Assembly (NCBI GenBank): GCA_041690135.1
Contig: JAWLHY010000010.1
Span: 224,001 to 288,000 of the forward strand
Reading direction: 5' to 3'
DNA from: Armatimonadota bacterium
GTDB taxonomy: Bacteria; Armatimonadota; SYMT01
DNA length: 64,000 nt
Both the position numbers and the translations under genes were made by a program. The stretch's first letter is position 1; the number at the start of each line of letters is the position of its first letter. Positions 46,958 to 56,473 of this stretch are shown one piece after another. A model generated the notes under the pieces. That model was not told where the DNA came from, did not search any database, and was given only the letters and a program-made list of their open reading frames with translations.

Positions 46958-47514
46958 TGAAGCAATCGCGGTTCGATTACGGACCCACGGCCGGAGCCTC
47001 CTGGCTGGGGTTGGCCTATGTTTACAGCGGAATCTTCTGGTTGTGGGCATTCTGGGTCGCCGCGCGAGAAGGGAACGGCGGTGGGGCCGCACTTTTCGCC
47101 TTCCGCCTGGTGGGCACGCTGGGCCTGGGAGTAGGCCTTTGCGCGGCGGAACGCTGGGCCTGGGCGGCGATGACGGTCCACCTGGCGCTCCACGGCGTCG
47201 CCGCCGGCCTGCTGGCGCTCACCTCTGCCGGGGCTCTTGCCACCCGACCGGCAAACGTCTTATCCTGGCAGCCGGTGTTCCTGGGCCTGACCAGCGCCGA
47301 AACCACGCAAGTCCTGGGGGCGAGTGCCTTTCTGGCGCTGGTTGCGGCAACCGGTATCAGCGTGCTCTGGAAAGCGCAGGCGCACTTCGACATCCCCCAT
47401 CGTCGACCGTTCACCTTCCTCACCCGCCTGGGAATCGTGCCGGCGCTCTTCCTCGCCGGTCTGGACGCCGTACTGCTTTTCGGCTGGTGGAAAGACAGCG
47501 CCGGAATGCGGTGA
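46954..47514 (+). CDS. Hypothetical membrane protein
   Basis: Several TM segments; translational coupling with the previous gene. Confidence 0.6.
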   Translation: MMKQSRFDYGPTAGASWLGLAYVYSGIFWLWAFWVAAREGNGGGAALFAFRLVGTLGLGVGLCAAERWAWAAMTVHLALHGVAAGLLALTSAGALATRPANVLSWQPVFLGLTSAETTQVLGASAFLALVAATGISVLWKAQAHFDIPHRRPFTFLTRLGIVPALFLAGLDAVLLFGWWKDSAGMR

Positions 47515-47687
47515 TAGAGTTACGGATAGCCGCGCAACGGAGGCTTACGTGAGGGGACCGGCGAAGTTGGGTAGATAAGGGCCAGTCCCTGTAAGGATGG
47601 CTCGGTGGCAGGCGTGCCGGTTCATCTCCGTCATGCGTGCAGGCACCGGCCGCAACCACCAGCCGCATCCACACGATCGATTGACTT

Positions 47688-49490
47688 ATGACTGACGGCA
47701 TCCGTCTCCTGCTGCCGATCCTGATCGGTTACCTCCTCGGCTCGATCCCGTTCGGATACGTGATCGTCAAGCTGATGCGAGGCATCGACATCCGGGACTA
47801 CGGCTCTCATAACATCGGGGCCACGAACGTCCTCCGGGTCGTCGGGTGGTTCCCCGCTCTCCTCACTTTGCTGGGCGATATCGGCAAGGGAGCAGCCCCG
47901 GCGATCATCGCCTGTCAGCCGTGGTTCTCGGATGGGCAGACCAACCCCTGGATCGTGGTGCTTGCCTGCCTGGGAGCCATCTGGGGACACGCCTACTCCG
48001 CCTTCTTTTACCTGAAGGAGCGGCAGTTCGCTCGCGGCAAAGCCGTGGCTACGGGCCTGGGCGCGGTGATCGGTTTCGTGCTCGCGGGACAGGTCCCGTG
48101 GATGGTGCTGGCTTCCGTCTTCGGCGCCTGGGTCCTTTGCGTGGCCGGCCCCAAGTTGCTGACCCGCAGATACGGCTGGGTGTCCCTTGCATCCATTGTC
48201 GCCGCCGTTGTGCTTCCCATCGCCATGGCGGCGTTCGGGGCCTCTCTGCCCTACATCCTGTTCGGCGTGGCGGCCGCCGTCTTCGTCGTGTGGAAGCACA
48301 AGGAGAATATCGGGCGCCTGCTCGACGGAGTGGAACCGCGCCTGGGGGAACGCGTCCCCCTGGCGGGAGTAGATGAGGACGAAGTTTCCTGCGCGTTCCT
48401 GATCCATGCCATCACCCCGGATGACTGGTGGCAAACGCGCCGCTTCTCCTGGGCCCTCGGTCTCTACCGGGCCGGCCTCCTCCCGCTGGGGGTGATGAAA
48501 CGCCTGATGCTGCTGGTCCGCCCGATGAAGCTGGACACCATTCGCGGGATCCGGGTGACCGACGGGCGCACCGTACAGGTCCACCTGGTCTGCGTTCCTT
48601 TCCTGCCGGAGCAGATCAAGGCGCACCCGAAGCTCGCCGTGAAGCGCGCCGTGCAGGGAGCTCGCCTGGCGAAAGAGTTGGGGGCCCGCTGTTTTGGACT
48701 GGGCGCGTACTGGAGCGTGGTGGGCAACAAGGGGCTGGAGGTTCAGGCCCAGGCTCCTTTCATCCCCGTCACCAATGGCGGCGCCTACACAGCGGGCACC
48801 GTGAAGCAGGCCGTCCCGATGGTTTTCACGAAGCTGACCGGGCGCGGGATCGACCCCGCCGGTTCCACCGCCGCCATTGTGGGGGCGAACGGCGTTGTCG
48901 GCTTCGGGATCTGCCGACAGCTTGTCGGCCGGGTCGCCCGCCTGATCATGGTGGGGACAGACCTGGAACGGCTGGAGAAGTCCGTGGCGCTCCTTCGCCG
49001 CCGGGCGGAGAAGGCCGGGACGGAGATCATCACCACCACCGAAATTGCGGCCTGTAAGGAGGCGGACATGATCTTCACCGCCACTTCCACGGTGGAACCG
49101 GTCCTGTATCCCGATCACGTGCGCGACAACGCCGTGATCTACGACCTGGGCCGGCCGGCGGACGTGGCGGAGAGCGTCCTGTTCATGCCGGACGTGACCG
49201 TCATCCCCGGCGGTGTGGTACGTCCGCCCGGCGAGATCGAGCAGCATGTGGACATCCATTTTGGGGAAGGATGCGTGCCTGCCTGCCTGGCGGAAACGGT
49301 GCTGATCGCACTGGAGTGTTGTTACGACCGGGTGAGCCTGGGGGACGGCACGCGCTCCGAGAACATCGACCACTTTGTGGAACAGGCAGAGCGCCACGGC
49401 TTCCAGGTGGTGGATGAAGCGGCGCGCCCGGCTCCGAAGGCGGTCGTGGTTCGAGCTCCGTTCCCTCTCCTGGGCCGCGGCGCCCGTTAA
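47688..49490 (+). CDS. plsY: Fusion: PlsY-type glycerol-3-phosphate acyltransferase + acyl-ACP-reductase-like Rossmann domain
   Basis: PlsY motifs 'GSHNIGATN', 'RGKAVATGLG', 'KHKENIGRL'; C-terminal 'VTNGGAYT', 'IVGANGVVG', 'DLGRPADV', 'PACLAE'. Confidence 0.85.
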   Translation: MTDGIRLLLPILIGYLLGSIPFGYVIVKLMRGIDIRDYGSHNIGATNVLRVVGWFPALLTLLGDIGKGAAPAIIACQPWFSDGQTNPWIVVLACLGAIWGHAYSAFFYLKERQFARGKAVATGLGAVIGFVLAGQVPWMVLASVFGAWVLCVAGPKLLTRRYGWVSLASIVAAVVLPIAMAAFGASLPYILFGVAAAVFVVWKHKENIGRLLDGVEPRLGERVPLAGVDEDEVSCAFLIHAITPDDWWQTRRFSWALGLYRAGLLPLGVMKRLMLLVRPMKLDTIRGIRVTDGRTVQVHLVCVPFLPEQIKAHPKLAVKRAVQGARLAKELGARCFGLGAYWSVVGNKGLEVQAQAPFIPVTNGGAYTAGTVKQAVPMVFTKLTGRGIDPAGSTAAIVGANGVVGFGICRQLVGRVARLIMVGTDLERLEKSVALLRRRAEKAGTEIITTTEIAACKEADMIFTATSTVEPVLYPDHVRDNAVIYDLGRPADVAESVLFMPDVTVIPGGVVRPPGEIEQHVDIHFGEGCVPACLAETVLIALECCYDRVSLGDGTRSENIDHFVEQAERHGFQVVDEAARPAPKAVVVRAPFPLLGRGAR

Positions 49491-49615
49491 CGCCACCGCG
49501 TAACCTCAACGCTAAGGACGACGTTTGGAAGGACGGGCGAGACCGTCGACCCAATGGGCTCGCAGGTCTCGCCCGGACCCGAATCCGTATCCAGCAAGAG
49601 CGCGAGGTTTCCCCC

Positions 49616-51583
49616 ATGCTACGGCGTACCTTCTTTGGCTGCTGTCTCGCGGCCGTCCTTTCACCGGCTATCCCGGCGGCGGCCCAGGAACGCTCTCCTT
49701 TCAATGGCGACAAACGCCTGGAGCAGCCGGTAACCGTTTCCTGGAGAAAAGCGACACTCTACGACGCGTTGCAGGAGCTGACCCGCACTACCGGTATCAA
49801 GCTCAGTCCCGACCTGGCCGTGGTAGATGAGCCAATTATGGCGGCGGCCACGCAGGTGCCGGCAAGGGTCTTGCTGGAACAAATCGCCGATCTGCTCGAT
49901 CTGACCTGGTCCCGCAGCGAGGACAAAGCGGGGACCTCCAGGTACCTCCTCTATCAGAGCCGGGCGGCCCGGGAACGGGAGCTGGCGGAGCTCCAGAAGT
50001 CCGAGCGAGCCGTCGTGGAAGCCCTGAACCGCGACCTGGCCCGGTACCGCCAAGTCGCGAAAATGCCGGAGGATCAACTCCACCAACAGTTGGAGAAGTC
50101 CGACCGGGAGTTGTCGGAATTACTGGCGGGTGGGTTTGCCGGCCTGGGCAACAACCCCGCGGCCACCCGCAAATTCCAGGATGCGCAGGCGCTAAGAGCG
50201 CTCTCTTCGCCGATCGGGCGCTCGATGCTCGGCGTCCTGGACAGCCTGTCTCCCGGGCAATGGAACCTGCTCCGCTCCGACCGCCCCCTGGTGTTCAGCA
50301 GCGATCCCAAGGAAGGGGAACTCCCCTTGCCCGCCTCCATTCAGAACCAGCTTCGCACCGGCACTCCCGGTTTTCCGCTGCCGAAAGCGCTCTTCCGCGC
50401 GCTGGGCCCCCAGGTAGAGCAGGGCATCGGCCAGGCCGAGCGCATGATGCAGAACCGTTGGAACCAGGCGACCGGCTTTAAAGTGACGGTTCACCTCAAC
50501 CTCAATATCGGCTCGCAACCCCTCGGACTCCTGCGGGTGAACCCTGCCCCGCTGGGGGAAGGCGACGCGGGGCCGCAAGGGGATGCCCTGTTCGGCATGG
50601 CGGGACTCCAGATCATGGGAGTTCCTTCCCTCGCCGAAGAACCGACCGAGGACCCGGCCGCCCGTGAAGCCCGTCTTGCCGCCGACCCGGTGCTGGGTAA
50701 GAAGGCAAAGCTAGCGCTGCCGAAGCCCGAGGCAGCCCCCGGTCCCCTGGCGATCCTCGGCCAGCAGCATCGGGTGGCCGACGTGCTTCCGGCGGTGGAG
50801 AAGGCGTTTGGCATGCGGTTGATATCCGATGCCTACAACCGGCAAGCGATGAGCCTCGTTCCCCCTCTTGGCGAAGGGGAGATCCCCCTCTACCGGGTGC
50901 TGGACACCCTGGCCGGTACGAGCCGACGCTGGGAACGGGACGGCCACACGATCCGATTTCGGAGCCGCACCTGGGCGCACGACCGCCGCGCGGAGATTCC
51001 GGTCCGCTACATGCGTCGCTGGCTCGATGCGCGCGACAAGAAGGGGGGATTCGGCCTGGACGACATGGCCGAGATCGCGGCCCTGCTGCGAGATGAGCAG
51101 GTCGATTCCCTGATGTTCAGCGCGCTGGAAGCCGGCGCGAAGGACTTTACCGATTTCGTGATGATCTCTGCAAACCGGAACATACTCCGCTTCTACGGCA
51201 AGCTCATTCCGCCGCAGCGCCGCACCTTGCTGGCTGGCGCGCCGATTCTGGTCCGCGACCTCTTCCCGTATCAGCAGGCGTTGCTGCTGGACCTGAACCG
51301 CGTGCAGAACCGGTCGATGTTCTCCATTGCTCTCGGGGCCAAGCCACAACGCGGCGCAGCCCAACTGGCCAACGCGACGATCAGACTCACGCGGGTGGAC
51401 CGGCCCCAGAACTCGCCGCAAGGTCAGGGCGACCCTCCCCCCACCGGCAACGCCAGTCCCATGAATGCCGCTGCAATGGGTATCTCCGCTCCCACGGCGG
51501 TCTACACTCTGGTGCTGGACCTGGGACAGGGGCAGAAGGACACCTACACCCTACCCCTCATCCGTGCTGCTGCGCGTCCCTGA
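49616..51583 (+). CDS. Exported hypothetical protein
   Basis: 655-aa ORF with an RR-containing signal-like N-terminus; N-domain 'DKRLEQPVTV...LYDALQELTRTTGIKL' resembles secretin/TonB N-terminal-like domains. Confidence 0.7.
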   Translation: MLRRTFFGCCLAAVLSPAIPAAAQERSPFNGDKRLEQPVTVSWRKATLYDALQELTRTTGIKLSPDLAVVDEPIMAAATQVPARVLLEQIADLLDLTWSRSEDKAGTSRYLLYQSRAARERELAELQKSERAVVEALNRDLARYRQVAKMPEDQLHQQLEKSDRELSELLAGGFAGLGNNPAATRKFQDAQALRALSSPIGRSMLGVLDSLSPGQWNLLRSDRPLVFSSDPKEGELPLPASIQNQLRTGTPGFPLPKALFRALGPQVEQGIGQAERMMQNRWNQATGFKVTVHLNLNIGSQPLGLLRVNPAPLGEGDAGPQGDALFGMAGLQIMGVPSLAEEPTEDPAAREARLAADPVLGKKAKLALPKPEAAPGPLAILGQQHRVADVLPAVEKAFGMRLISDAYNRQAMSLVPPLGEGEIPLYRVLDTLAGTSRRWERDGHTIRFRSRTWAHDRRAEIPVRYMRRWLDARDKKGGFGLDDMAEIAALLRDEQVDSLMFSALEAGAKDFTDFVMISANRNILRFYGKLIPPQRRTLLAGAPILVRDLFPYQQALLLDLNRVQNRSMFSIALGAKPQRGAAQLANATIRLTRVDRPQNSPQGQGDPPPTGNASPMNAAAMGISAPTAVYTLVLDLGQGQKDTYTLPLIRAAARP

Positions 51584-51782
51584 AACCGGTGGAGAGCAGT
51601 AGTTCCGGCGGGCGGCTCGTTTTCCTGGTCACGGCGGGCATGCTTCCGCTCGCGGGGTTCATCCTGAAGATCCGGCGGCGACGCACCAGCTAACGCAGCG
51701 AAAGGCGGGGGGAATGCAACATCGCACTCCCCCCGCCTTTCCTCTTGTCGGTTGCCGCACCCGCGGGACACGAACCGGGCTA

Positions 51783-52232
51783 CTAGCCGGACTGTCGCAC
51801 AAAGTTGAGGCGCAGGTTGTTGAGCATCACCTGCAACTCGCGCTTCTCGTCCGGTTCCGCGAACGGCTCCAGGTGCCTCACCAGGTCCGCGATCAGATCG
51901 ATGCCGCGGCGAGCCTCGGGAATGTTCTTCTCGACCTTCCCCGTGCCCGGGTTGGCGTACAGGCCCATGTTGATCCAGGTCTTCTCGTTGAGAATGCCGA
52001 TCGTCATCCGGAGAATGGCCGTGACGTCGAAGTCCGCTACCGGGTCAGGACCCTCGTCATTCAGCTCGCCCATCTCGTCCCCGGCGCCGGGCATCCCGGC
52101 TACCTGAGGACCGAAGGGGCCAAATGGCGACTGCCCGGCGGCCGCCGTAACTTCCTCGGGACTCGCCCCGCCACCGTTGGCGGGCTCCCGGCGGCGACGA
52201 TCAATGACTTCAAAGCCGCGATCTTCTGACAT
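51783..52232 (-). CDS. DUF1844-family protein
   Basis: 'FEVIDRRR', 'MGLYANP...ARRGIDL...ELQVMLNNLRLNFV'; start MSEDR. Confidence 0.8.
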   Translation of the reverse strand: MSEDRGFEVIDRRRREPANGGGASPEEVTAAAGQSPFGPFGPQVAGMPGAGDEMGELNDEGPDPVADFDVTAILRMTIGILNEKTWINMGLYANPGTGKVEKNIPEARRGIDLIADLVRHLEPFAEPDEKRELQVMLNNLRLNFVRQSG

Positions 52233-52249
52233 ACGTTTGAACCCCTGCT

Positions 52250-53629
52250 TTACTGACCGGCGCCGAAGGCGTTGAAGCCCGCGGGAGCTCCCGAGCCCGG
52301 TCGGAAACCCGGCTCGTTGCGGCGCGCAATCTGCATTCGCTTGATCTCTATCACCTGACCGGCGGGAGCGACAAATTCCAGGCGCCGCCAGGCCCCGTTG
52401 ACTCCGGAAATGTTCACTTCCCAGGAGACCACCCCCGAAAGCGAGGCCGGCCCCTTCTTCAACTGGGGCTCCTGGCGGAGCGGATCGGGGCTGGGTCGAG
52501 CCGGAGTGAGCGTAGCGGTAACCCCGGTGGGGAGTGTTCCATCTACGTCGACACGCCAATCTCCACCCGGCAGGTAGACCCAGTAGGACGCCTTCTGGAA
52601 TCGTGCCGGAGCTCCCGGCACAGTGCCCGGAGCAGGCTGGGATTGGTCCGGAATGAAGGCGGTGGGGGAAACCGTCAACTGGAGCGGCTTCATCTCCTGC
52701 AGGGCGGACGTGATGTAGAGCGGCAGATTCTGCGGGCGGGGCGTGGCGAACTTCTGGAAGAGCGTCTTCAGCACTGCCGGACCGTGCGCCGCTTCCATCG
52801 CGAGGATCTGCCCGATGAAGAAGTTCATCCCATCCGCATCCATCTTCTCCACGGAAGCGGAGGCCGGGCCCTCCTTCAGGAACCGTTCGCGCAACGGCAC
52901 GACCTGGTTGGCGACGTAGGCATTTCCATCGATGGGCGCGCTCCAGACATTGGAGATACCGTTGTCGGCCAGCAGCCACTTCATCAAGAGGCGCTCGCCC
53001 AGGTAACCGTTGGCATTGGCCTCCGGTTCGGTGTACTTACCGATGGTCGGCAAGAAGATGTGAGAGTATTCATGCGCCAACTCGCGCACCCACTCGGCGG
53101 GAGCGCGAGACTCCTTGATGGCATAGAGGAAAATGCTGCCGCGATACTCCTCCGCTCCGGCCTTACCATCGTGCGACAGGAACACGCTCACGGGACGCCC
53201 GTCGACCGGTCCCACGCCGAGGTAATCCCGTGCCACCCAGTAGAGGTGGGTCATCACGTTACCAACCCAGCGGGCCATGGGCTCATCCTCGGGATTGAGG
53301 AAGTGAATCACGAAGCGGAGATCGTTCTCTTCCCGGTTGCTTCCCTGCGCGTCGGTGAGGCACATCACCTGCAGCCGGTGAGGATACTTCAGGTTGTACT
53401 TGGGATCGTTCTCCGGTCCCCGGGCGCTGCGAGCCAGGCGCGGGAGGAACATGGTCCACCGGCGTGGGGGAATTCCCGCGCCCAGGCGCGAGTCTTTGTA
53501 GGAGAGTGAGCCTTCGCGCGGGGGACCGGCGGGCTTCTCCGGCTGGGTCTCTTGCGCGCTGACGCGAGAAACCAGGCACAACGCCGCGGCCATCGCCAGC
53601 CAGAGGCGATGGGTCTGTCGCATTGACAT
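52250..53629 (-). CDS. Exported protein with an HExxH zinc-metallopeptidase-like motif
   Basis: Signal peptide; 'ELAHEYSH'; AGGAG RBS. Confidence 0.65.
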   Translation of the reverse strand: MSMRQTHRLWLAMAAALCLVSRVSAQETQPEKPAGPPREGSLSYKDSRLGAGIPPRRWTMFLPRLARSARGPENDPKYNLKYPHRLQVMCLTDAQGSNREENDLRFVIHFLNPEDEPMARWVGNVMTHLYWVARDYLGVGPVDGRPVSVFLSHDGKAGAEEYRGSIFLYAIKESRAPAEWVRELAHEYSHIFLPTIGKYTEPEANANGYLGERLLMKWLLADNGISNVWSAPIDGNAYVANQVVPLRERFLKEGPASASVEKMDADGMNFFIGQILAMEAAHGPAVLKTLFQKFATPRPQNLPLYITSALQEMKPLQLTVSPTAFIPDQSQPAPGTVPGAPARFQKASYWVYLPGGDWRVDVDGTLPTGVTATLTPARPSPDPLRQEPQLKKGPASLSGVVSWEVNISGVNGAWRRLEFVAPAGQVIEIKRMQIARRNEPGFRPGSGAPAGFNAFGAGQ

Positions 53630-53812
53630 TTTTCTGAATTCTCCTGGCGGCGGACGGATCGGGGAGGTCTTGCCGCGTCCTACACGTAATTATTTATCGG
53701 TAGCGTCGTTTCCGGCCGACTCTGTAATCCCTCGGAAATCACAGTTCGCCCGTTCGACCCTGGTTGCTGAAGCCCGCACCGCTTTCCCGCCCGGCCTCAC
53801 ATCCACCACGCA

Positions 53813-53842
53813 TTAGACGGAACTTGTCGCGACAGGGGTTCC
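53813..53842 (-). promoter_or_regulatory. Possible ECF-sigma promoter (GGAACCC-N17-GTCTAA) containing the palindrome TGTCGCGACA
   Basis: Motif read on the minus strand, facing the 53629 gene. Confidence 0.3.
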
Positions 53843-53992
53843 CCGTGCTGAAGATCCGTCCGCTTGCTACCGAGAATCCTGATTAACCGTAGGTTCCCTG
53901 CTCGCTCCGCCCTTTCGGGTGGCCATCCCTACCAACGGGGTCCGGCCGTACGGAGCCGAGCTATCGATACGTCCAATCACAGGAGCTAGCCC

Positions 53993-54655
53993 ATGCAGTT
54001 CACCCCGCGCATGTTCCTGTCGCTCACCGTCGGCGGCCTTCTAACTCTGGTTTCTCCGAAACCCGGCGTGTTCGCGGAAGATGCGAACCCCGCACCGGAG
54101 AAGCCCGTCGAGTCGTCCGCCCCGGCGACTGCGCCTTCCATCCCAGCAGATACCCAGAATACCCAGGTTGCGCCGGTTCAAACCCCCGATAAGAATGCGG
54201 CGTCCGTCATTCAGCCGACCCCCGAGGAAATCCGCTCGGTAGAGCTGGTGAACCGGGAGCGAAAGAAGCTGGGCCTGCCCCTCCTTACCATTGATCCGAC
54301 GCTGATTGCCGTGGCGCGCGAGCACAGTAAGGAGATGATGGAGAAGAAGTACTTCAGCCATCAGTCGCCGACTCCCGGACTGAAGACCCCGATGGACCGG
54401 TTCCTCAAGGTCGTGCCGAAGCCGGAATATGCGTGCGTGGGCGAGAATCTCTTCTACTGCACTGTGGTGGATGTGCAGCGGGGTCATCAGGCCTTTATGA
54501 ACAGCCCGACCCATCGGGACAACGTGGTCTTCCCCCGGTACGAGAAGATCGGTGTGGGCATCATCAAGAACGAGAAGGGCGAGTTCTGGATCACCCAGAT
54601 GTATCTCACCACCACCGACCCGATCAAAGTCGCCAAGCGGATGGGGATGAAGTAG
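53993..54655 (+). CDS. Exported CAP/SCP-domain protein
   Basis: 'LVNRER', 'AREHSKEM', 'YFSHQSP', 'GENL', 'FMNSPTHRDN', 'IGVG'. Confidence 0.92.
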   Translation: MQFTPRMFLSLTVGGLLTLVSPKPGVFAEDANPAPEKPVESSAPATAPSIPADTQNTQVAPVQTPDKNAASVIQPTPEEIRSVELVNRERKKLGLPLLTIDPTLIAVAREHSKEMMEKKYFSHQSPTPGLKTPMDRFLKVVPKPEYACVGENLFYCTVVDVQRGHQAFMNSPTHRDNVVFPRYEKIGVGIIKNEKGEFWITQMYLTTTDPIKVAKRMGMK

Positions 54656-54687
54656 GTTCGGGTGCCTAGCTCCGCCGGGCAGGCGTG

Positions 54688-54879
54688 GCCATCCCCCAGG
54701 GTGGTTCAGTTTTCGGCGTGGTCGGATCAGCAGCCCCGGCGCATGCGTCCGTATGGAAGGGGCAACTAGACGATAGCCGGGGGTGCAAACCCCCGGACTG
54801 CTACGCACCCATAGAAGGAGCCCTGAAAGGGCGGCAGAGGGCAGCATCTGCGAAAACTGACCCCGTCTTGGCCATCCCC
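54688..54879. mobile_element. Putative ~175-bp MITE with terminal inverted repeats, flanking direct repeats and internal REP-like hairpins
   Basis: TCAGTTTTCG/CGAAAACTGA inverted ends; TGGCCATCCCC on both sides; internal CCGGGGGTGCAAACCCCCGG and GCCCTGAAAGGGC. Confidence 0.5.
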
Positions 54880-54903
54880 TGGTCAGGGCGCTTGCCTGTA
54901 AGC

Positions 54904-54933
54904 AAGGGCCGGCGAGTATCGCCGGCCCTTTTT
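54904..54933 (+). terminator. Rho-independent terminator
   Basis: AAGGGCCGGCGA-GTA-TCGCCGGCCCTT followed by Ts. Confidence 0.7.
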
Positions 54934-54997
54934 CGGCAGGTAAGCTGCCATCCCGAGTGGAAAGTGTTTCCGATACCGGAATTACCCTTTCCATCCC

Positions 54998-55477
54998 ATG
55001 CGCCTCAAGCACCCTGAGACTGCTTCCACGGATTCTACGGAACAGCTTCTGTCGCCGGTGGGTCTCCCCCATGACGCCGGTGAGCGGCTGGAGTCCGCCC
55101 GCGCCGCGGACCGGCGGTGGCGGGAGGCACGGAGCGATCGTGTTCGGCGACAGTTGGTGCAGATCGACCGGGTCCTTCGCCCGCTCGAGCGAGCCACCAA
55201 CGTGGTGCACTTGCTCTTCCTGCTGCGGACTTTTCTCTACGTCTTCCAGTTTGATGGCGCCGTCCGACAAGCCCTCAAAGGCACCTCCGGCGAGTGGTGC
55301 CTCTGGGCGACGGATGCGGTGTTTCTTGCCTATGTATGCGGGGTGTTTCCGCTCTTTCTCTGCGTATGGTTGTTTCGCACGGGCCTGAAGCGCTGGGCGA
55401 GGCGGCAGTGCATCAGCAATGAAGCCGAAGGTGACGGGACCTGCGAGCCGACGCGGGCGGCCGCGGAGTCAGGGTGA
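54998..55477 (+). CDS. Hypothetical two-TM membrane protein
   Basis: Homologous to the next ORF (GERLESARAAD..W). Confidence 0.6.
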   Translation: MRLKHPETASTDSTEQLLSPVGLPHDAGERLESARAADRRWREARSDRVRRQLVQIDRVLRPLERATNVVHLLFLLRTFLYVFQFDGAVRQALKGTSGEWCLWATDAVFLAYVCGVFPLFLCVWLFRTGLKRWARRQCISNEAEGDGTCEPTRAAAESG

Positions 55478-55486
55478 GGAGGAGGC

Positions 55487-56473
55487 ATGCCGACCACCCA
55501 GCATCGTCTCAACCTGGAGCAGGAGGCTCTGCCGCTTGCCGAACCGGTGACCCTCCCGCACGCGGGCGAGCGACTGGAGTCCGCTCGCGCCGCCGACCAG
55601 CAGTGGAGGGAAGAACGCACCGAGCGAGCACGCCGGCGGTTTGCGCGGGTCGAACGGCTCTATCAATGGTCTGTGCGTGCCAACGAGTATACCGGTGGAC
55701 TCCTCCTCTTCTGGGGGATCGGTCGGCTACTCGGTTTCCTTCCCAACTTCCTGGAGTGGATTGGCGAACCAACGCGCAGGTGGTACGTTCACCTCTTGAT
55801 CGTGCTGCTGCTGGTAGACTTCCTCGTGATTCTCCCCCTTCGGTTTGTCACCTGGCTCTACCGCCGTTGGCTGATGGGATGGGCGAAGCGGCACTGTATT
55901 GAGCTTGAGGATGAACCTGAGATCCAGGAAGAAGCTCCGGAGGCTGAGGAAACGCTCGATATCCTGGATCACCTGCCGCACCGGTACCAGGACACGCAAG
56001 CGTCAGGTGCGAATAGACTCACCATTCGGACCGGAGAGGGCACCAGAGGTTCGTTCGCCTTACGGATGCGCCTGCAAACGGGAAGACCGGACGGCAACCT
56101 GGCAGCAGGGGAACAAAAGCAGGACCCAGTTGCCAACGAGCGAACTACCTGCTTGCTGCAAATCCAGGTGAACTGTGCGCGCGGTTCATCCCCCGCCTGG
56201 CCGATTGTGGCAGCCTGCGGTGAAGGGATGGTAGCAAGCCTTGGCGCGCTTGCCGCACAGTTCTCGCACGGAAGAACAGGCGGTATAGTCTCCACCCGAA
56301 GGTATCGAACCCTTGTGCCGGTGCGGAAGGTGAGCCACGAGTGGGTCACCTTTCGCACCGGCGGAGTTCGCGAAGCCTATTCAAGAGGCGTCACTGCTTC
56401 CGGGGACTCCCCGGCGGTTCTAGACGCCGAACCTATACCGGCCTCGGCACCTCAGCCGACGCCGTTGCCGTAG
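55487..56473 (+). CDS. Hypothetical two-TM membrane protein, tandem paralog; C-terminal half doubtful
   Basis: GGAGGAGG RBS; first ~150 aa align with the upstream paralog. Confidence 0.55.
   Translation: MPTTQHRLNLEQEALPLAEPVTLPHAGERLESARAADQQWREERTERARRRFARVERLYQWSVRANEYTGGLLLFWGIGRLLGFLPNFLEWIGEPTRRWYVHLLIVLLLVDFLVILPLRFVTWLYRRWLMGWAKRHCIELEDEPEIQEEAPEAEETLDILDHLPHRYQDTQASGANRLTIRTGEGTRGSFALRMRLQTGRPDGNLAAGEQKQDPVANERTTCLLQIQVNCARGSSPAWPIVAACGEGMVASLGALAAQFSHGRTGGIVSTRRYRTLVPVRKVSHEWVTFRTGGVREAYSRGVTASGDSPAVLDAEPIPASAPQPTPLP

Noticed and set aside
47631-49496. 621-aa minus-strand ORF
   Set aside because: Antisense shadow of the PlsY fusion in GC-rich DNA; no motifs. The same applies to most overlapping ORFs in the track (e.g. 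40502-41968, 42531-44105, 56857-58317).
53740-53960. Possible c-di-AMP or other riboswitch upstream of the CAP gene
   Set aside because: Only scattered short similarities; conserved core elements could not be placed.
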